The notes under the pieces were generated by a model. It had not been told where the DNA came from. It worked only from the letters and a program-made list of their open reading frames with translations, and made no database searches. Position numbers and translations under genes: made by a program. 64,000 nucleotides of DNA from Anaeromyxobacter sp. (GTDB lineage Bacteria > Myxococcota > Myxococcia > Myxococcales > Anaeromyxobacteraceae), in contig JASGJN010000011.1 of the NCBI GenBank assembly GCA_049840735.1, positions 1 to 64,000 of the forward strand, written 5' to 3'. Shown piece after piece: positions 33,785-44,420 of the stretch (its first letter is position 1; the number at the start of each line of letters is the position of its first letter).

Positions 33785-34366
33785 ATGAACGAACGGACAA
33801 TCCACAATCCCGTCTCCGGCGAGACCGCCACCTGGATCGAGAGCTCGACCGAGAGCGGCGGCGCCCGGACGGTGATCGACTTCGAGGTGACGCCCGGCGG
33901 CGGCGTGACGGGCCACCGGCACACCAACCACCGCGAGCAGATCGCCGTGCTGGAGGGCGAGATCGAGGTGACCTGCGGCGGGACCACGCGACGCTACGGC
34001 GCCGGCGAGGTGGCGGTGATCGAGCCGCGGGCCGTGCACCACTGGCGCAATCCGGGCCAGGGCGTGCTGCGCTTCCGCGGGACCATGACGCCGGGCCACC
34101 CGGGGTTCGAGACCTTCCTGCGCGTCTGGTTCGGGCTGGCCCGCGACGGCGCGCTGCGCCGAAGCGGCCTGCCCCGGCGCGTCGCCGACATGGCGCTGCT
34201 GGTGGACTGGGATCCATCCATCGCCGCGGGGCCGCTCCGCCTCATGGCGCCGCTGCTGCGCCGCGCCGCGCGACGCCCCAGCGCCCGCGCGCGCGCCGGC
34301 GAGCTGCTGCGCCGCTACGACGCCCTGCCGTTGGGGCCCGGCGAAGCCGGCACGACCAGCCTCTAG
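33785..34366 (+). CDS. Cupin-domain protein
   Basis: HRHTNHREQIAVLEG and PRAVHHWRN motifs. Confidence 0.85.
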   Translation: MNERTIHNPVSGETATWIESSTESGGARTVIDFEVTPGGGVTGHRHTNHREQIAVLEGEIEVTCGGTTRRYGAGEVAVIEPRAVHHWRNPGQGVLRFRGTMTPGHPGFETFLRVWFGLARDGALRRSGLPRRVADMALLVDWDPSIAAGPLRLMAPLLRRAARRPSARARAGELLRRYDALPLGPGEAGTTSL

Positions 34367-34486
34367 CGTCGAGCACGGCACCACCTCGGCCCCCCCGCCC
34401 GCTCCAGGGCTCACTCCAGCAGCGTGTCCTCGACCCAGCCCAGGTAGCAGCGCCGCGCCGAAGGGATCCGACCCAGCGTCCAGACG

Positions 34487-34538
34487 TTGGCACCGTTCCA
34501 GCAACAAGGCCGCCGCGAACGTTTGCGCTGCGCAAACG
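34487..34538 (+). promoter_or_regulatory. Possible sigma-54 -24/-12 promoter and adjacent palindrome
   Basis: TTGGCACCGTTCCAGCA (GG-N10-GC) at 34487-34503; CGTTTGCGC-T-GCGCAAACG at 34520-34538. Confidence 0.35.
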
Positions 34539-34639
34539 CTGCGCACGGGGTCCGTAGATCGCTGTAGAGCCTCGGAATCACTCGCCTTCGTGGCGAGCCG
34601 GTGGTTCAATCCCTTCGCCACAGGCACCGGAGGAACACC

Positions 34640-36071
34640 ATGGCCACCGTCGCTGATCGCCCGAGGCCGGTGCTGCGTCCGCTCTTCTGCAAGGGGTGCG
34701 GCCGGTGCATCGAGGCCTGCGCCCACCACGCCATCCGCGCCGGCGAGACGGTCGAGCCGGCCACCGGCCTGGTGCCGGTGGTCTTCGACCCCTCGATGTG
34801 CAACGGGTGCACGCTCTGCATCGACGCCTGCCCGGAGCCGTACGGGCTGATCTCGGAGGAGACGGCGGACGAGATCGAGGCCGTGCGCCGCCAGCGCCGG
34901 CCGGCGGCGCCGCAGCCGGCGGACCTGCCGGCGCAGCGGCTCCCGCTGCCGGAGAGCCGCCCGCTGATCGTGAAGGGCACCTACGCCTCGGCCATCGGCG
35001 CGCTGCTGGCCGGCTGCCGGCACGTCTACGGCTACCCCATCACGCCCTCCACCGAGGGCGCCGAGCTGATGGCCAAGCTGCTCCCGGAGCTGGGCGGCAC
35101 CTTCGTGCAGGCGCCCAGCGAGGTGGCCGCCATCAACATGCTCTACGGCACGGGGGGCGCGGGCCTGCCGGTCATGACCTTCACCTCCTCGCCGGGCTTC
35201 AGCCTGATGCTGGAGGGGATGAGCTACCTCATCGGCGCCGAGCTGCCGGCGGTGGTGGTCAACGTGATGCGCGGCGGGCCGGGCCTGGGCAACATCGCGC
35301 CGGAGCAGTCGGACGTGAAGCTGGCCTGCCGCGGCCTGGGGCACGGCTCGACGCACGCGGTGGTGCTGGCCCCGGCCACGCCCCAGGAGATGCTCGACTT
35401 CACGATCCTGGCCTTCGAGCTGGCCTTCCGCTACCGCAACCCGGTGGTGCTGCTGGCGGACGGCTACCTGGGCCAGATGACCGGCAAGGTGACGCTGCCG
35501 CCGGCCATGGTGCGCCCGGGCCTGCCGGGCTGGGCGGTGAGCGGCGACGCGGCCCACCGCAAGAACTACATCTCGTCCATCTTCCTCACCGAGACGGATA
35601 TCCGAGGCCCACAACCTGAAGCTCCTGGCCAAGTACGAGGCCATCCAGGCGGCGGAGCAGCGGGCGGACCTCTACCGCTGCGAGGACGCCGAGGTGCTGC
35701 TGGTGGCCTGCAACACGCCGGCGCGCAAGGCCAAGGGCGCCGTGGCGGCGCTGCGCGAGGGCGGGATCGCGGCGGGCCTGTTCCGGCCGCAGACGCTCTG
35801 GCCGTTCCCGGTGAAGCCGCTGCTGCCGCTGCTGGGCCACGTGCGGCGCATCGTGGTGGTGGAGGCCAGCGACGGGCAGATCGAGGACGAGCTGCGGCTG
35901 GCGCTCAGCCACGCGGGCGCGGGGCGGGACATCCCCATCGAGCACGTCCGGCGGCACGGGGGCGTGCTCCCGTCCCAGGAAGAGATCCTGACCGCGGTGC
36001 GGGGCAACCGGAAGTCCCCGGCCAGCGGCGCCGTGGCGGGTCGCGCCGCCGCGGGGGAGGTGCACGCGTGA
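34640..36071 (+). CDS. 2-oxoacid:ferredoxin oxidoreductase ferredoxin(delta)+alpha fusion, VorB-like (apparent frameshift ~35600)
   Basis: Two CxxCxxCxxxC motifs, GYPITPST, TSSPG, MRGGPGLG; C-terminal part in ORF 35694..36071 (LFRPQTLWPFP). Confidence 0.88.
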
Positions 36072-37513
36072 CCGCCTTCTACGACCGCTTCGAGCGGCAC
36101 GACCACGCGGCCGGGCTCAAGGCCCAGTCCACCCACTACTGCCCGGGCTGCGGCCACGGCCTGGTCCACAAGTTCCTGGCCGAGGCGGTGGACGAGCTGG
36201 GCATCGCCGACCGGACGGTGGCCATCTCGCCGGTGGGCTGCGCGGTCTTCCTCTACTACTACCTGGACGTGGGCAACTCGCAGGCGGCCCACGGCCGCGC
36301 GCCGGCGGTGGCGCTGGGCCACAAGCTGGCCCACCCCGAGAGCGTGGTCATCTCCTACCAAGGCGACGGCGACCTGGCCTCCATCGGCCTGGCCGAGATC
36401 GTCCACGCCGCGGCGCTGGGCGTGCCCATCAGCGTCATCTTCGTCAACAACGCCATCTACGGCATGACGGGCGGGCAGCTGGCCCCGACCTCGCTCATGG
36501 GCCAGCAGACGGCCACCAGCCCGGCCGGCCGCGACCGCTTCATGGGCCAGCCGCTCAGGATGGCGGAGCAGATCGCGCTCATGGACGCGCCCATCTACGT
36601 GGAGCGGGTGGCGCTCTACGACGCCAAGCAGCGGGTGCGCGCGCAGAAGGCCATCAGGAAGGCCCTGCAGCTGCAGGTGGAGAACAAGGGCTTCTCCTTC
36701 GTCGAGGTGCTGGCCGAGTGCCCGACGCACCTCAAGGCCACGCCGCAGGAGGCGGAGCGCTGGGTGAAGGAGCAGATGGTCCCGGTCTACCCGCTGGGCG
36801 TGAAGAAGGACGTGGCGCCGGAGACCTGGGGCGAGTGGCGGACGCCGGCCTTCGACGCGGAGCAGCTGCTGGAGGCGGTGGGCGCGCTGGAGCCGGCCGC
36901 CCCGCGCGCCTGCCAGGGCTTCCCGGAGAAGCCGTTCGGCAAGGACATCGCCATCAAGCTGGCGGGCGCGGGCGGAGACGGGGCCCAGACGGCGGCCATG
37001 CTGCTGGTGCACGCGGCCATCAACGAGGGGTTCGACGCGACGCACATCCCGAGCTACGGCCCGGAGTCCCGCGGCGGCACCTCCTACGCGGACGTGCGCA
37101 TCGCGCCGGAGGAGGTGCTCAACCCGGCGGCGCCGGAGCCGCACGTCCTGGTGGCCTTCAACGCGCCCAGCCTGTCCAAGTTCGGCCCGGCGGTGGCCCG
37201 CGGCGGCGTGGTGGTCTACGACTCGGCGGTGGTGACGGAGCCGCCGGCGCTGGACCCCTCGGTCCGCCTGGTGGCGGCGCCGCTGGCGGAGATCGCCCAC
37301 GGCCTGGGCGACCGGCGGCTGAAGAGCGTGGTGGCGCTGGGCGCGGTGCAGCGCGCGACCCAGCTCTTCCCGGCCGAGACCTTCCTGGGCGCGGTCCGGC
37401 AGGCGCTCTCGCACAAGCCCTCGTACATCCCGCTCAACGAGCAGGCCTTCGAGCAGGGCTACGCGCGCGCCGAGCCGGTGGGTTCGCCTGGCGACTTCGA
37501 GTGGTGGCGGTAG
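36068..37513 (+). CDS. 2-oxoacid:ferredoxin oxidoreductase beta+gamma fusion, VorA-like
   Basis: YCPGCGH, GDGD...NN TPP motif, YGMTGGQ, gamma domain GAGGDG and SYGPESRGG; GTGA overlap with upstream stop. Confidence 0.9.
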   Translation: MTAFYDRFERHDHAAGLKAQSTHYCPGCGHGLVHKFLAEAVDELGIADRTVAISPVGCAVFLYYYLDVGNSQAAHGRAPAVALGHKLAHPESVVISYQGDGDLASIGLAEIVHAAALGVPISVIFVNNAIYGMTGGQLAPTSLMGQQTATSPAGRDRFMGQPLRMAEQIALMDAPIYVERVALYDAKQRVRAQKAIRKALQLQVENKGFSFVEVLAECPTHLKATPQEAERWVKEQMVPVYPLGVKKDVAPETWGEWRTPAFDAEQLLEAVGALEPAAPRACQGFPEKPFGKDIAIKLAGAGGDGAQTAAMLLVHAAINEGFDATHIPSYGPESRGGTSYADVRIAPEEVLNPAAPEPHVLVAFNAPSLSKFGPAVARGGVVVYDSAVVTEPPALDPSVRLVAAPLAEIAHGLGDRRLKSVVALGAVQRATQLFPAETFLGAVRQALSHKPSYIPLNEQAFEQGYARAEPVGSPGDFEWWR

Positions 37514-37670
37514 GCGTTCGCCACCACCCGGCGGCCGCCGCCAGCCCCGCGGACAGGCACTCGGGGGCGACGGCAGGATGGGCCGCAGGTCAGCCCGGGG
37601 TGAGCTGTCCCACCCCGGGCGACGCTGGACCATGGCGGGTGGGGCGGCGCGCCACCCCACCCGCTGACGC

Positions 37671-38897
37671 TCACTCGTCGAGGGTCCAGAGGCCGTAGAA
37701 GTAGCCGTCCATGGTGAAGCGAACGCTGGCCGTGTTGGTGACCGGATCGGTCTCGTACACCTGGCTGGTCGCGCCGTCGTCGCTCTCGCCCGTGAAGAGG
37801 TGTCCACCCATGGCCGCCCCGGTGAACCCGACCACCGAGAAGGGCGAGCCGTCCACCTCCTCGGCGACCGGCACGTCACCCAGGGTGAAGCGCCACAGCT
37901 TGTGGACGGGGATGCTCCAGAAGGAGAAGTCCACCGGCTCGACGCCGTCCGGCAGCAGGTCCTCGTAGAACAGCTTCGCGAACCCGACCCCCGCGCTGGC
38001 GCTCTGCAGCTCGTCGATGGCCTCCACCCCCCCGGTCAGGGCCGGGATGGCGTGGTACCAGTCCTCCTGGAAGTCGGTCTCCCCTGGCGCGATGCGGAGC
38101 AGGCAGTTCTGCGGGGCCTCCTCACCGGCCGCGTTCGCGTACATCTGGATGGAGTAGGTGCGGCCGTCCCCCATCACGTAGGCGTAGCCGTCCTCGTCGA
38201 AGACCGGGCGGCCGCCGCTCGCGCAGCGCTCGTCGTACGCCGTCCCCACCACCGAGAGCGTCGCCGGGTCGAGGATGGTCAGGGAGACCGCGGGGTAGAT
38301 GCGCCCACCGGTCCAGTCCGCCCACCGGCCGGGGACGTAGACCTTGCCCTCGTGCGCCACCGTGGTCCAGACCTCGAGCCCGTACCCCTCGCGCGACAGG
38401 AAGGACAGGTCGACGGTGCCCTTGATGGTCATGGTGCTGGGATTCCAGACCACGGCCTTGGGCGGATCGCTCAGCACGGAGACGGCGGTCTCGGCGTCCA
38501 CCAGCGCGTTGCCGTAGTCCACGGCGGTCGCGCCCGTGGAGGAGATGCTCATCCGCCCCGTCTCGGCGAGGTGACCCTTCGCGTCCACCTCGTACCTGAT
38601 CCAGAGCGGCGCGTCGGTCCGGCCCACGAACACCTGCCGTCCGCGGGCCAGGAGCACGGCGTTCCCGGGCACCTCGACCGCGTGGCTGTTGTCGAAGGGG
38701 CCCGCGTCCAGCGACTCGATGGCCTGCACGTAGGTGGTCCGACCCTCGGCGTCGATCACCACCGATCCCAGGATGTAGTGCGGGTCGATGGCCTCCTCCG
38801 AGCCCCCGTCCGACCCGCAGCCGGCCGCGGCCAGCCCCGCCAGCAGCACCAGCCCGACCGCTCCGCCCATGCTGCGCCTCGCTCTGCTTCCGATCAT
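37671..38897 (-). CDS. MxcI-like lipoprotein
   Basis: Lipobox LAAAGC, beta-rich body, directly downstream of the MxcH-like receptor; RBS GGAGGAAGG. Confidence 0.7.
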   Translation of the reverse strand: MIGSRARRSMGGAVGLVLLAGLAAAGCGSDGGSEEAIDPHYILGSVVIDAEGRTTYVQAIESLDAGPFDNSHAVEVPGNAVLLARGRQVFVGRTDAPLWIRYEVDAKGHLAETGRMSISSTGATAVDYGNALVDAETAVSVLSDPPKAVVWNPSTMTIKGTVDLSFLSREGYGLEVWTTVAHEGKVYVPGRWADWTGGRIYPAVSLTILDPATLSVVGTAYDERCASGGRPVFDEDGYAYVMGDGRTYSIQMYANAAGEEAPQNCLLRIAPGETDFQEDWYHAIPALTGGVEAIDELQSASAGVGFAKLFYEDLLPDGVEPVDFSFWSIPVHKLWRFTLGDVPVAEEVDGSPFSVVGFTGAAMGGHLFTGESDDGATSQVYETDPVTNTASVRFTMDGYFYGLWTLDE

Positions 38898-38935
38898 CAC
38901 GTGGTCCTTCCTCCAAAGGGCGCGCAGGCGCCCGA

Positions 38936-41522
38936 TCACCGCTCCAGCGTCGTCTTGAGGTAGAAGCCGCGGCCGGGCCTGGGGACGCCGAACGTGTCGT
39001 AGGCCGCCGCGTCGGTGAGGTTCTGCGCCTCCAGCGCCACCGAGAGCGCGCCCCACCCGCCCTGGCACCGGTAGCCGGCCGAGAGCCCCTGGACGAACTG
39101 GCTGGGGATGACCTGCTTCCCGCCCCCCTGCCCCAGGCTCTCCCAGGTCCGGTAGAACTCGTGCACGTAGCGCCAGGTCCAGGAGAGCGACAGCTCGTCG
39201 TCGCCCCGCCGCAGCCCTGCCCAGCGCACCAGGGCGCCGCCGGCGCCGAACAGGTAGGGACGGTTGGGGATGCGATCGCCCTCCTGCCGCGCGAAGGTCC
39301 CGGTGTCCGACGTGTTGCGGAAGTCCTGGTAGGTGCCGCTCGCGTCCAGCTCCAGCCAGTCGCCGGGCGCGGTCCAGCGCAGCGCGCCCTGCACGCCGAC
39401 GGAGCGCGCGGAGTAGACGTTCTGGTAGCTCTGGTCGTTGTTGATGCCGAGCAGGATGATCAGGTCGTCGGCGTCGCGCAGGAAGGCGCCGGCCTCGCCC
39501 ACCAGCGCGCCCGCGCCGGTTGAGCCGCGCTCCACCTGGAGCGCCAGGTTCAGGTTGTGGCTCACCTCCGGCCTGAGCTCGAGGTTCTCGTGCACCAGGA
39601 CCCCGTCGCCGAACACCTCGTCCGGCCCGGGGAGCCGCGTGGCGCGCTCGTAGGACGCCTTGGCGCGGAGGCCGGGGGCCAGGTCGAACCGGAGCGCGGC
39701 GCCGCCTCCCAGCTCGCGGATCGTCCGATCACGCTCGGCGAAGGTGTCCTCGGCCACCAGCTCCTGCGCGCGCTGCTCCTGCAGGTAGTGCTTGAGGAAG
39801 GCGATCGCCTCCAGCCGCCCCTCGACGAGGTCGGCCTCGTACTCGAGCCCGCTCACCAGCGAGCGCAGGTCCCGGCGGCCCGAGAGCGGATCGCTCGCGG
39901 TGGTCTGCAGCCGCTCGTCGCCGGTCCGCCGCACGGCGGTGGGCGCCAGGAACAGCCGCAGCTGGTGGTCGGGGTGGAGCCTCCAGCCCAGCTCGACCCG
40001 CCCGAAGAGCGCCTGCTCGCGGAGCAGCTGGTCGTGCGGCGCGTCTCCAATCTCCCCCCCGGTCTCGTTGCGGGTGACGCACCGTCCGTACCAGTCGTAG
40101 ACGCAGGCGGAGACGTCCAGGAAGTGGCCCCGGGTGGCGGCCGCCCCCAGCAGCACCCGCGCGGCCAGGCGCCGGCCCGCGGGCGCCTCGTAGCGGAGCG
40201 TGGTCCCCACCCCCTGCTCTGCATACGTGACCTCGCCGTACGGGACCGTCATGGCGGGGCTGTGCGGGATCTCCTTGTCCTGGCGGTTGGCGTGGAACCG
40301 CAGCAGGAGGCGCCGCGCCCAGGACCGGTCCACCAGCCCCAGCTCCGCGCTGCCGCCGCCGGCGGCGTACGCGTCGTGGAAGCGGCGGACGCGCACGGTC
40401 CCGACGTGGCCCTCCTCGTCGAGCTGCACGTCCTGGACGGTCATCGGGTAGTCGTTCTCGGCGCGATCCAGGAAGCCCTCGGCGCGGAGGAAGAGCCCGC
40501 TCGGCGTGAACAGGTGGCGGGCCGCCAGCGTCAGCCGCTGCGTCCCGAAGGAGCCGGCCTCCCACGAGGCGGCCGCGTGCGTCCCCCGGAGCCCCTCGTC
40601 GGTCACCAGGTTGATCGCGCCGCCCAGCGCGTCGGCGGCGAAGCGGGCCGGGACGACGCCGGAGAAGATCTCGAATCCGCTCCACCACGTTGACGGGTAC
40701 GTCGGCGATGCCCAGCGGGTAGCCCGACCAGGCCAGCGGCACGCCGTCGAGGAACACCCGGACCTGCTCGTCGCTGAGCCCGCCCAGCGCCAGCCGCGAG
40801 CTCGACCCCAGGCCCCCCGAGCGCCGGACGCTGACCCCCTGCGTCCGGGCCAGCACCTCGCCCAGGTCGGCGGACTCGCGCTGCGCCCGATCCGTCTCGA
40901 CCACCGTCACCGCCTCGGCCGAACGGCGCAGCCGATCCCCGGCCGAGGTTCCCTGCACCGTCACGACCACCGGCGCCGGGTCCCCCGGCTGCGCCGCCGC
41001 CGCGGCCGGCGTGGGCGCCGCCCCGGCGGGCGGAGGCGGCGGAGGCGGCGCGGGCGGCGCGGGCGGCGCGGGCGGCGTGAAGGTCACGGCGAACTTGATG
41101 CGCGCGGCCACCGCGTGATCCCCGCGGCGCGCCGGCGCGAAGCGGGAGCGGAGGGCCGCCTCGCGCGCAGCCCGATCGAACGCCTCACCGGCGCCCTCGA
41201 GCACGTCGGCCTCCGTCACGTGCCCCTCCGCGTCGACGAGGAGCCGCAGGACCACGCGGGTGGTCCGCCCCTCGGCGAGCGCCTCGGGCGGATAGACGGC
41301 CTCGGCCTGCTCCAGCAGCTCGGGAGGGCGGGGGGACGTGGCGCCTTCGCCGGGCGGCGGGGCGCCGGTCTCCTCCGCGCGGCCGGGCGCGGCGGTGGTC
41401 GCAGCGGAGGCCCCCGGGGCGGCAGCGGCGGCGGACTCCCGCTCGGCGCCCGCCACGCCGCCGGCGAGGGCCGGCACCGCGACGAGCAGCAGGATGGGGG
41501 CGAGGCCGGCGACCGAAGCCAT
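38936..41522 (-). CDS. TonB-dependent receptor with N-terminal TonB_C domain, MxcH-like (apparent frameshift ~40675)
   Basis: YPPEAL...FAPARR TonB domain, Pro linker, plug VRRSGGLGS/FLDGVP, RRFHDAY, C-terminal PRPGRGFYLK. Confidence 0.88.
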
Positions 41523-41877
41523 CGGTCGCCGGGCCGCCGCCCTGGGGTCGCTGCTGGATACGGCCGTCGTCACGCGCGCCTCCCGAAAGGCGGAATCCGT
41601 CTCCACCCGTAGGGGTCTGAACCGCAAGGCCGCGGACGATACACGGTCTCATCAAGCGAGCGCAAGCCAGTCGGCTCGCCTGCCGCCAAGGCGACAGGGA
41701 TGCTCAGCAGCTCGCCTCAAGCGGCTGCGTTTACGATGAGTTTCCCTTGAGCCCCATTGGGCGCAGGCCGAACGCGTAATGAATCCGGGGTATTCGGCCT
41801 CGTCGCGAGTTGCGACGATGTCTCTCGAAACGAACGCTCACGTCTGCGTCGTTGGGACCCGGCCTGCCGAGCACGAG

Positions 41878-43153
41878 CTACCGCGCCGCGTGCTCGCGGA
41901 TCAGCTCGCCGAGCCGGGTCAGCGCCAGGTCGCAGGTCTCCATGGACGGGCCGAAGGAGAAGCGGACGTAGCTCTTGAAGCGCGAGCCGTGGCGCGAGCG
42001 CCGCTTGCCGGGGTTCACGTCGAAGAACTCGCCGGGGACCACGATCACCTTCCGCTTGAGCGCCTCGCGGAAGAAGCCCATGCCGTCGTTGAGCGGCGGC
42101 GGGAGGTGGCCGACGTTGCCCCAGCAGTAGAACGTGCCGTCGGGCGAGCGATCGAACCGGACGCCGATGGCCTCCAGCCCCTGCAGCATGCGGCGCCGCT
42201 TCTCCCCGAAGACCTTGTGGATGGCCTCGGTCTCGGCGCGCACGTTCTCGTCCGCCAGCAGCGCGCAGGCGGCGCGCTGCAGCGGCTTGGAGCCGCCGCC
42301 GTCCAGGAACGAGCCGGCGCTGGCCACCGCGTCGATGATGGGCTTCGGCGCCACGGTCCAGGTGACGCGCCAGCCGGGGTAGCGCCAGTTCTTGGTGAGG
42401 CCGTCGAAGAGCACCACCGGGTCGCGGTCCACGTCCTCGACGTAGCGCGCGGCGCTCTCCACCGGCAGCCGGCCGGGGACGCCGGTCCAGACGTAGTGCG
42501 AGTAGAACTCGTCCATGAGCAGCGCGCAGTCCAGCTCGCGCGACAGCTCCACCCAGCGGCTCAGCTCCTCGCCCTGCACCAGCTTGCCGGTGGGGTTGCA
42601 GGGATTGGAGAGGAGCAGCGCCCCCAGCCCGCGCCCGGTGACCTCCTTGCGCAGGTCCTCCGCGGTGAAGGCGTAGCCGCGCTCGCCCTCGAGCAGGATG
42701 GGGATGGGCGTGAAGGTGCGGAAGAGGTCGAGCAGCTCCTCGTACGCGGTGTAGTCGGGCAGGAAGTGGCCCAGGTTGACCGGGCCGAGCGCCGCCGCGG
42801 CGCGGGTCAGCGAGGCGCGGCCGCCGCCGGAGATGGAGACGTTCTCGGCCCGGTACTGCGAGGGCAGGCCGCGCCGGTAGAGCCGGTTGTAGAGGCCGGC
42901 CACCTCCTCGCGCAGCTCCCACAGGCCGACCACCGGGGCGTACTCCTGGTCGTCCACGTGGACCGGGACGGTGTGCACGCGCTCGGGCGCGCCGGTCAGC
43001 GGGCCGGTGTCGGGCTGCCCCTGGCCCAGGTTGCACCAGTCGGGATCGCCCATCCTGAAGCCGAGCTTCATGGCCTCGGCGGTCACGAAGAATCACGCCG
43101 GTACGCGGGACGGTCCGGAAGGAGGAGAGGCGGTGGGTGGTGTCGTCGCTCAC
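41878..43153 (-). CDS. PLP-dependent aminotransferase class I/II (apparent frameshift ~43092)
   Basis: NLGQGQP, SNPCNPTG, DEFY, GLTKNWRYPGWR. Confidence 0.9.
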
Positions 43154-43165
43154 GGGAGGCGCAGG

Positions 43166-44347
43166 TTAGCACGGGCGCGGGACGAGATCGCTCGCGTCCG
43201 GGAGCACCAGCACGTCCGGCGCGGGACGGCCGACGAGCTCGCGGGCGCGCTCCAGCGCGCCGGCCAGGTCCGGCGCCCAGCGGGCGTAGGTCTGCGCCAC
43301 GACCTGCTCCGGCATCCCCGAGACCAGGAACAGCGTGTAGCGGGCGGGCAGGTAGCGCCGCACGCCCAGCGCGAAGATCCCCTGGTTCACCACCTGCAGC
43401 GGGCCGACGCCGTCCGGGCACTCGGCGCAGAGCACCAGCACGCCGCCGTCGCGCAGCAGCGCGCCCCCCGGCGGCACCAGCTTCGAGGCCTGGTAGAGGC
43501 TGGCGCTGACCGGGAGCGGCGCCGAGACCACCACCACGTCTGCTGGCGACGCGGCCACTTCGCACCAGGGGGCGGCCAGCGCGGCGCCGGCCCGGTGCGC
43601 GGCCACCGGGTGGCCGGCCACCGCCCCCAGCACCGCCCCGCCCACCTCCACCACGTTGAGCAGGCACGCGCGCGGCGCGGCCAGCGCGGCCGCCTCCTCG
43701 AGATCCTCGCGGCAGGGGTTGCCGTCGGCGCGACCGAGCCGCGCGTCGGGCGCGGCCTTGAGCAGGTGGTTCTGGCGGATGTCGGCCTCGGCGCCCAGGC
43801 CGGGGAAGATCCCCTTGGCGCCGCCGCCCCAGCCGGCGAAGTAGTGCGGCTTCACGCGGCCGGTGGAGATCACCAGGTCGGCCTCGGGCAGGCAGCGGTT
43901 CACGCGCACGCGCGTGCCGCGCGCGGTCCGGCCCACCTCCACCAGCGCGGCCTCGTCGCGCGCGTCGTGGTTCACCACACGGTGGGCCCGCAGCGCCTGG
44001 GCGGGCAGGCCGAGCCCGTCGGGCGGCCCGGGCGCGTGGGTGCCGTTGGCGATGGCCAGCGTGAGGTGGTGGTCGGGGACGGCCGGGAGCGCGCGGCGCA
44101 CCGCCGCGTACAGCTCGGCGCGCGGCTCGTCGCGCGAGGCGTCGCTCACGATCACCAGCACCCGGTCCTGCGCGCCGGCGCCCAGCGGCGCCGCGCCGAT
44201 GGGCGCGGCCAGCGCGGCGTCCAGCGCTGCCGCGAGATCGGGCACCGCGACCGGCGTGGGCGCGCGGATGACCCGTGCCCCCACGTCCCTCGGGAACGGG
44301 AGCGGCGAACTGCCGTAGGGGAGCGTCAACTCGCCACTGCCTGGCAT
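43166..44347 (-). CDS. LarA (lactate racemase)-superfamily protein
   Basis: SDASR, ANGTH, NHDA, PHYFAGWGGGAKGIFPG, QNH, AECPDG. Confidence 0.85.
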   Translation of the reverse strand: MPGSGELTLPYGSSPLPFPRDVGARVIRAPTPVAVPDLAAALDAALAAPIGAAPLGAGAQDRVLVIVSDASRDEPRAELYAAVRRALPAVPDHHLTLAIANGTHAPGPPDGLGLPAQALRAHRVVNHDARDEAALVEVGRTARGTRVRVNRCLPEADLVISTGRVKPHYFAGWGGGAKGIFPGLGAEADIRQNHLLKAAPDARLGRADGNPCREDLEEAAALAAPRACLLNVVEVGGAVLGAVAGHPVAAHRAGAALAAPWCEVAASPADVVVVSAPLPVSASLYQASKLVPPGGALLRDGGVLVLCAECPDGVGPLQVVNQGIFALGVRRYLPARYTLFLVSGMPEQVVAQTYARWAPDLAGALERARELVGRPAPDVLVLPDASDLVPRPC

Positions 44348-44420
44348 GGCCCCGGAGCATATACCAGGGGCGCCCCCGCCGGCCGCTCCTGGACCGGCGT
44401 GCGATGCTGCGGAGGATGGC

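Noticed and set aside
34601..37513. Single 970-aa oxidoreductase fusion
   Set aside because: The middle is out-of-frame junk caused by the ~35600 frameshift; two genes with GTGA overlap fit better.
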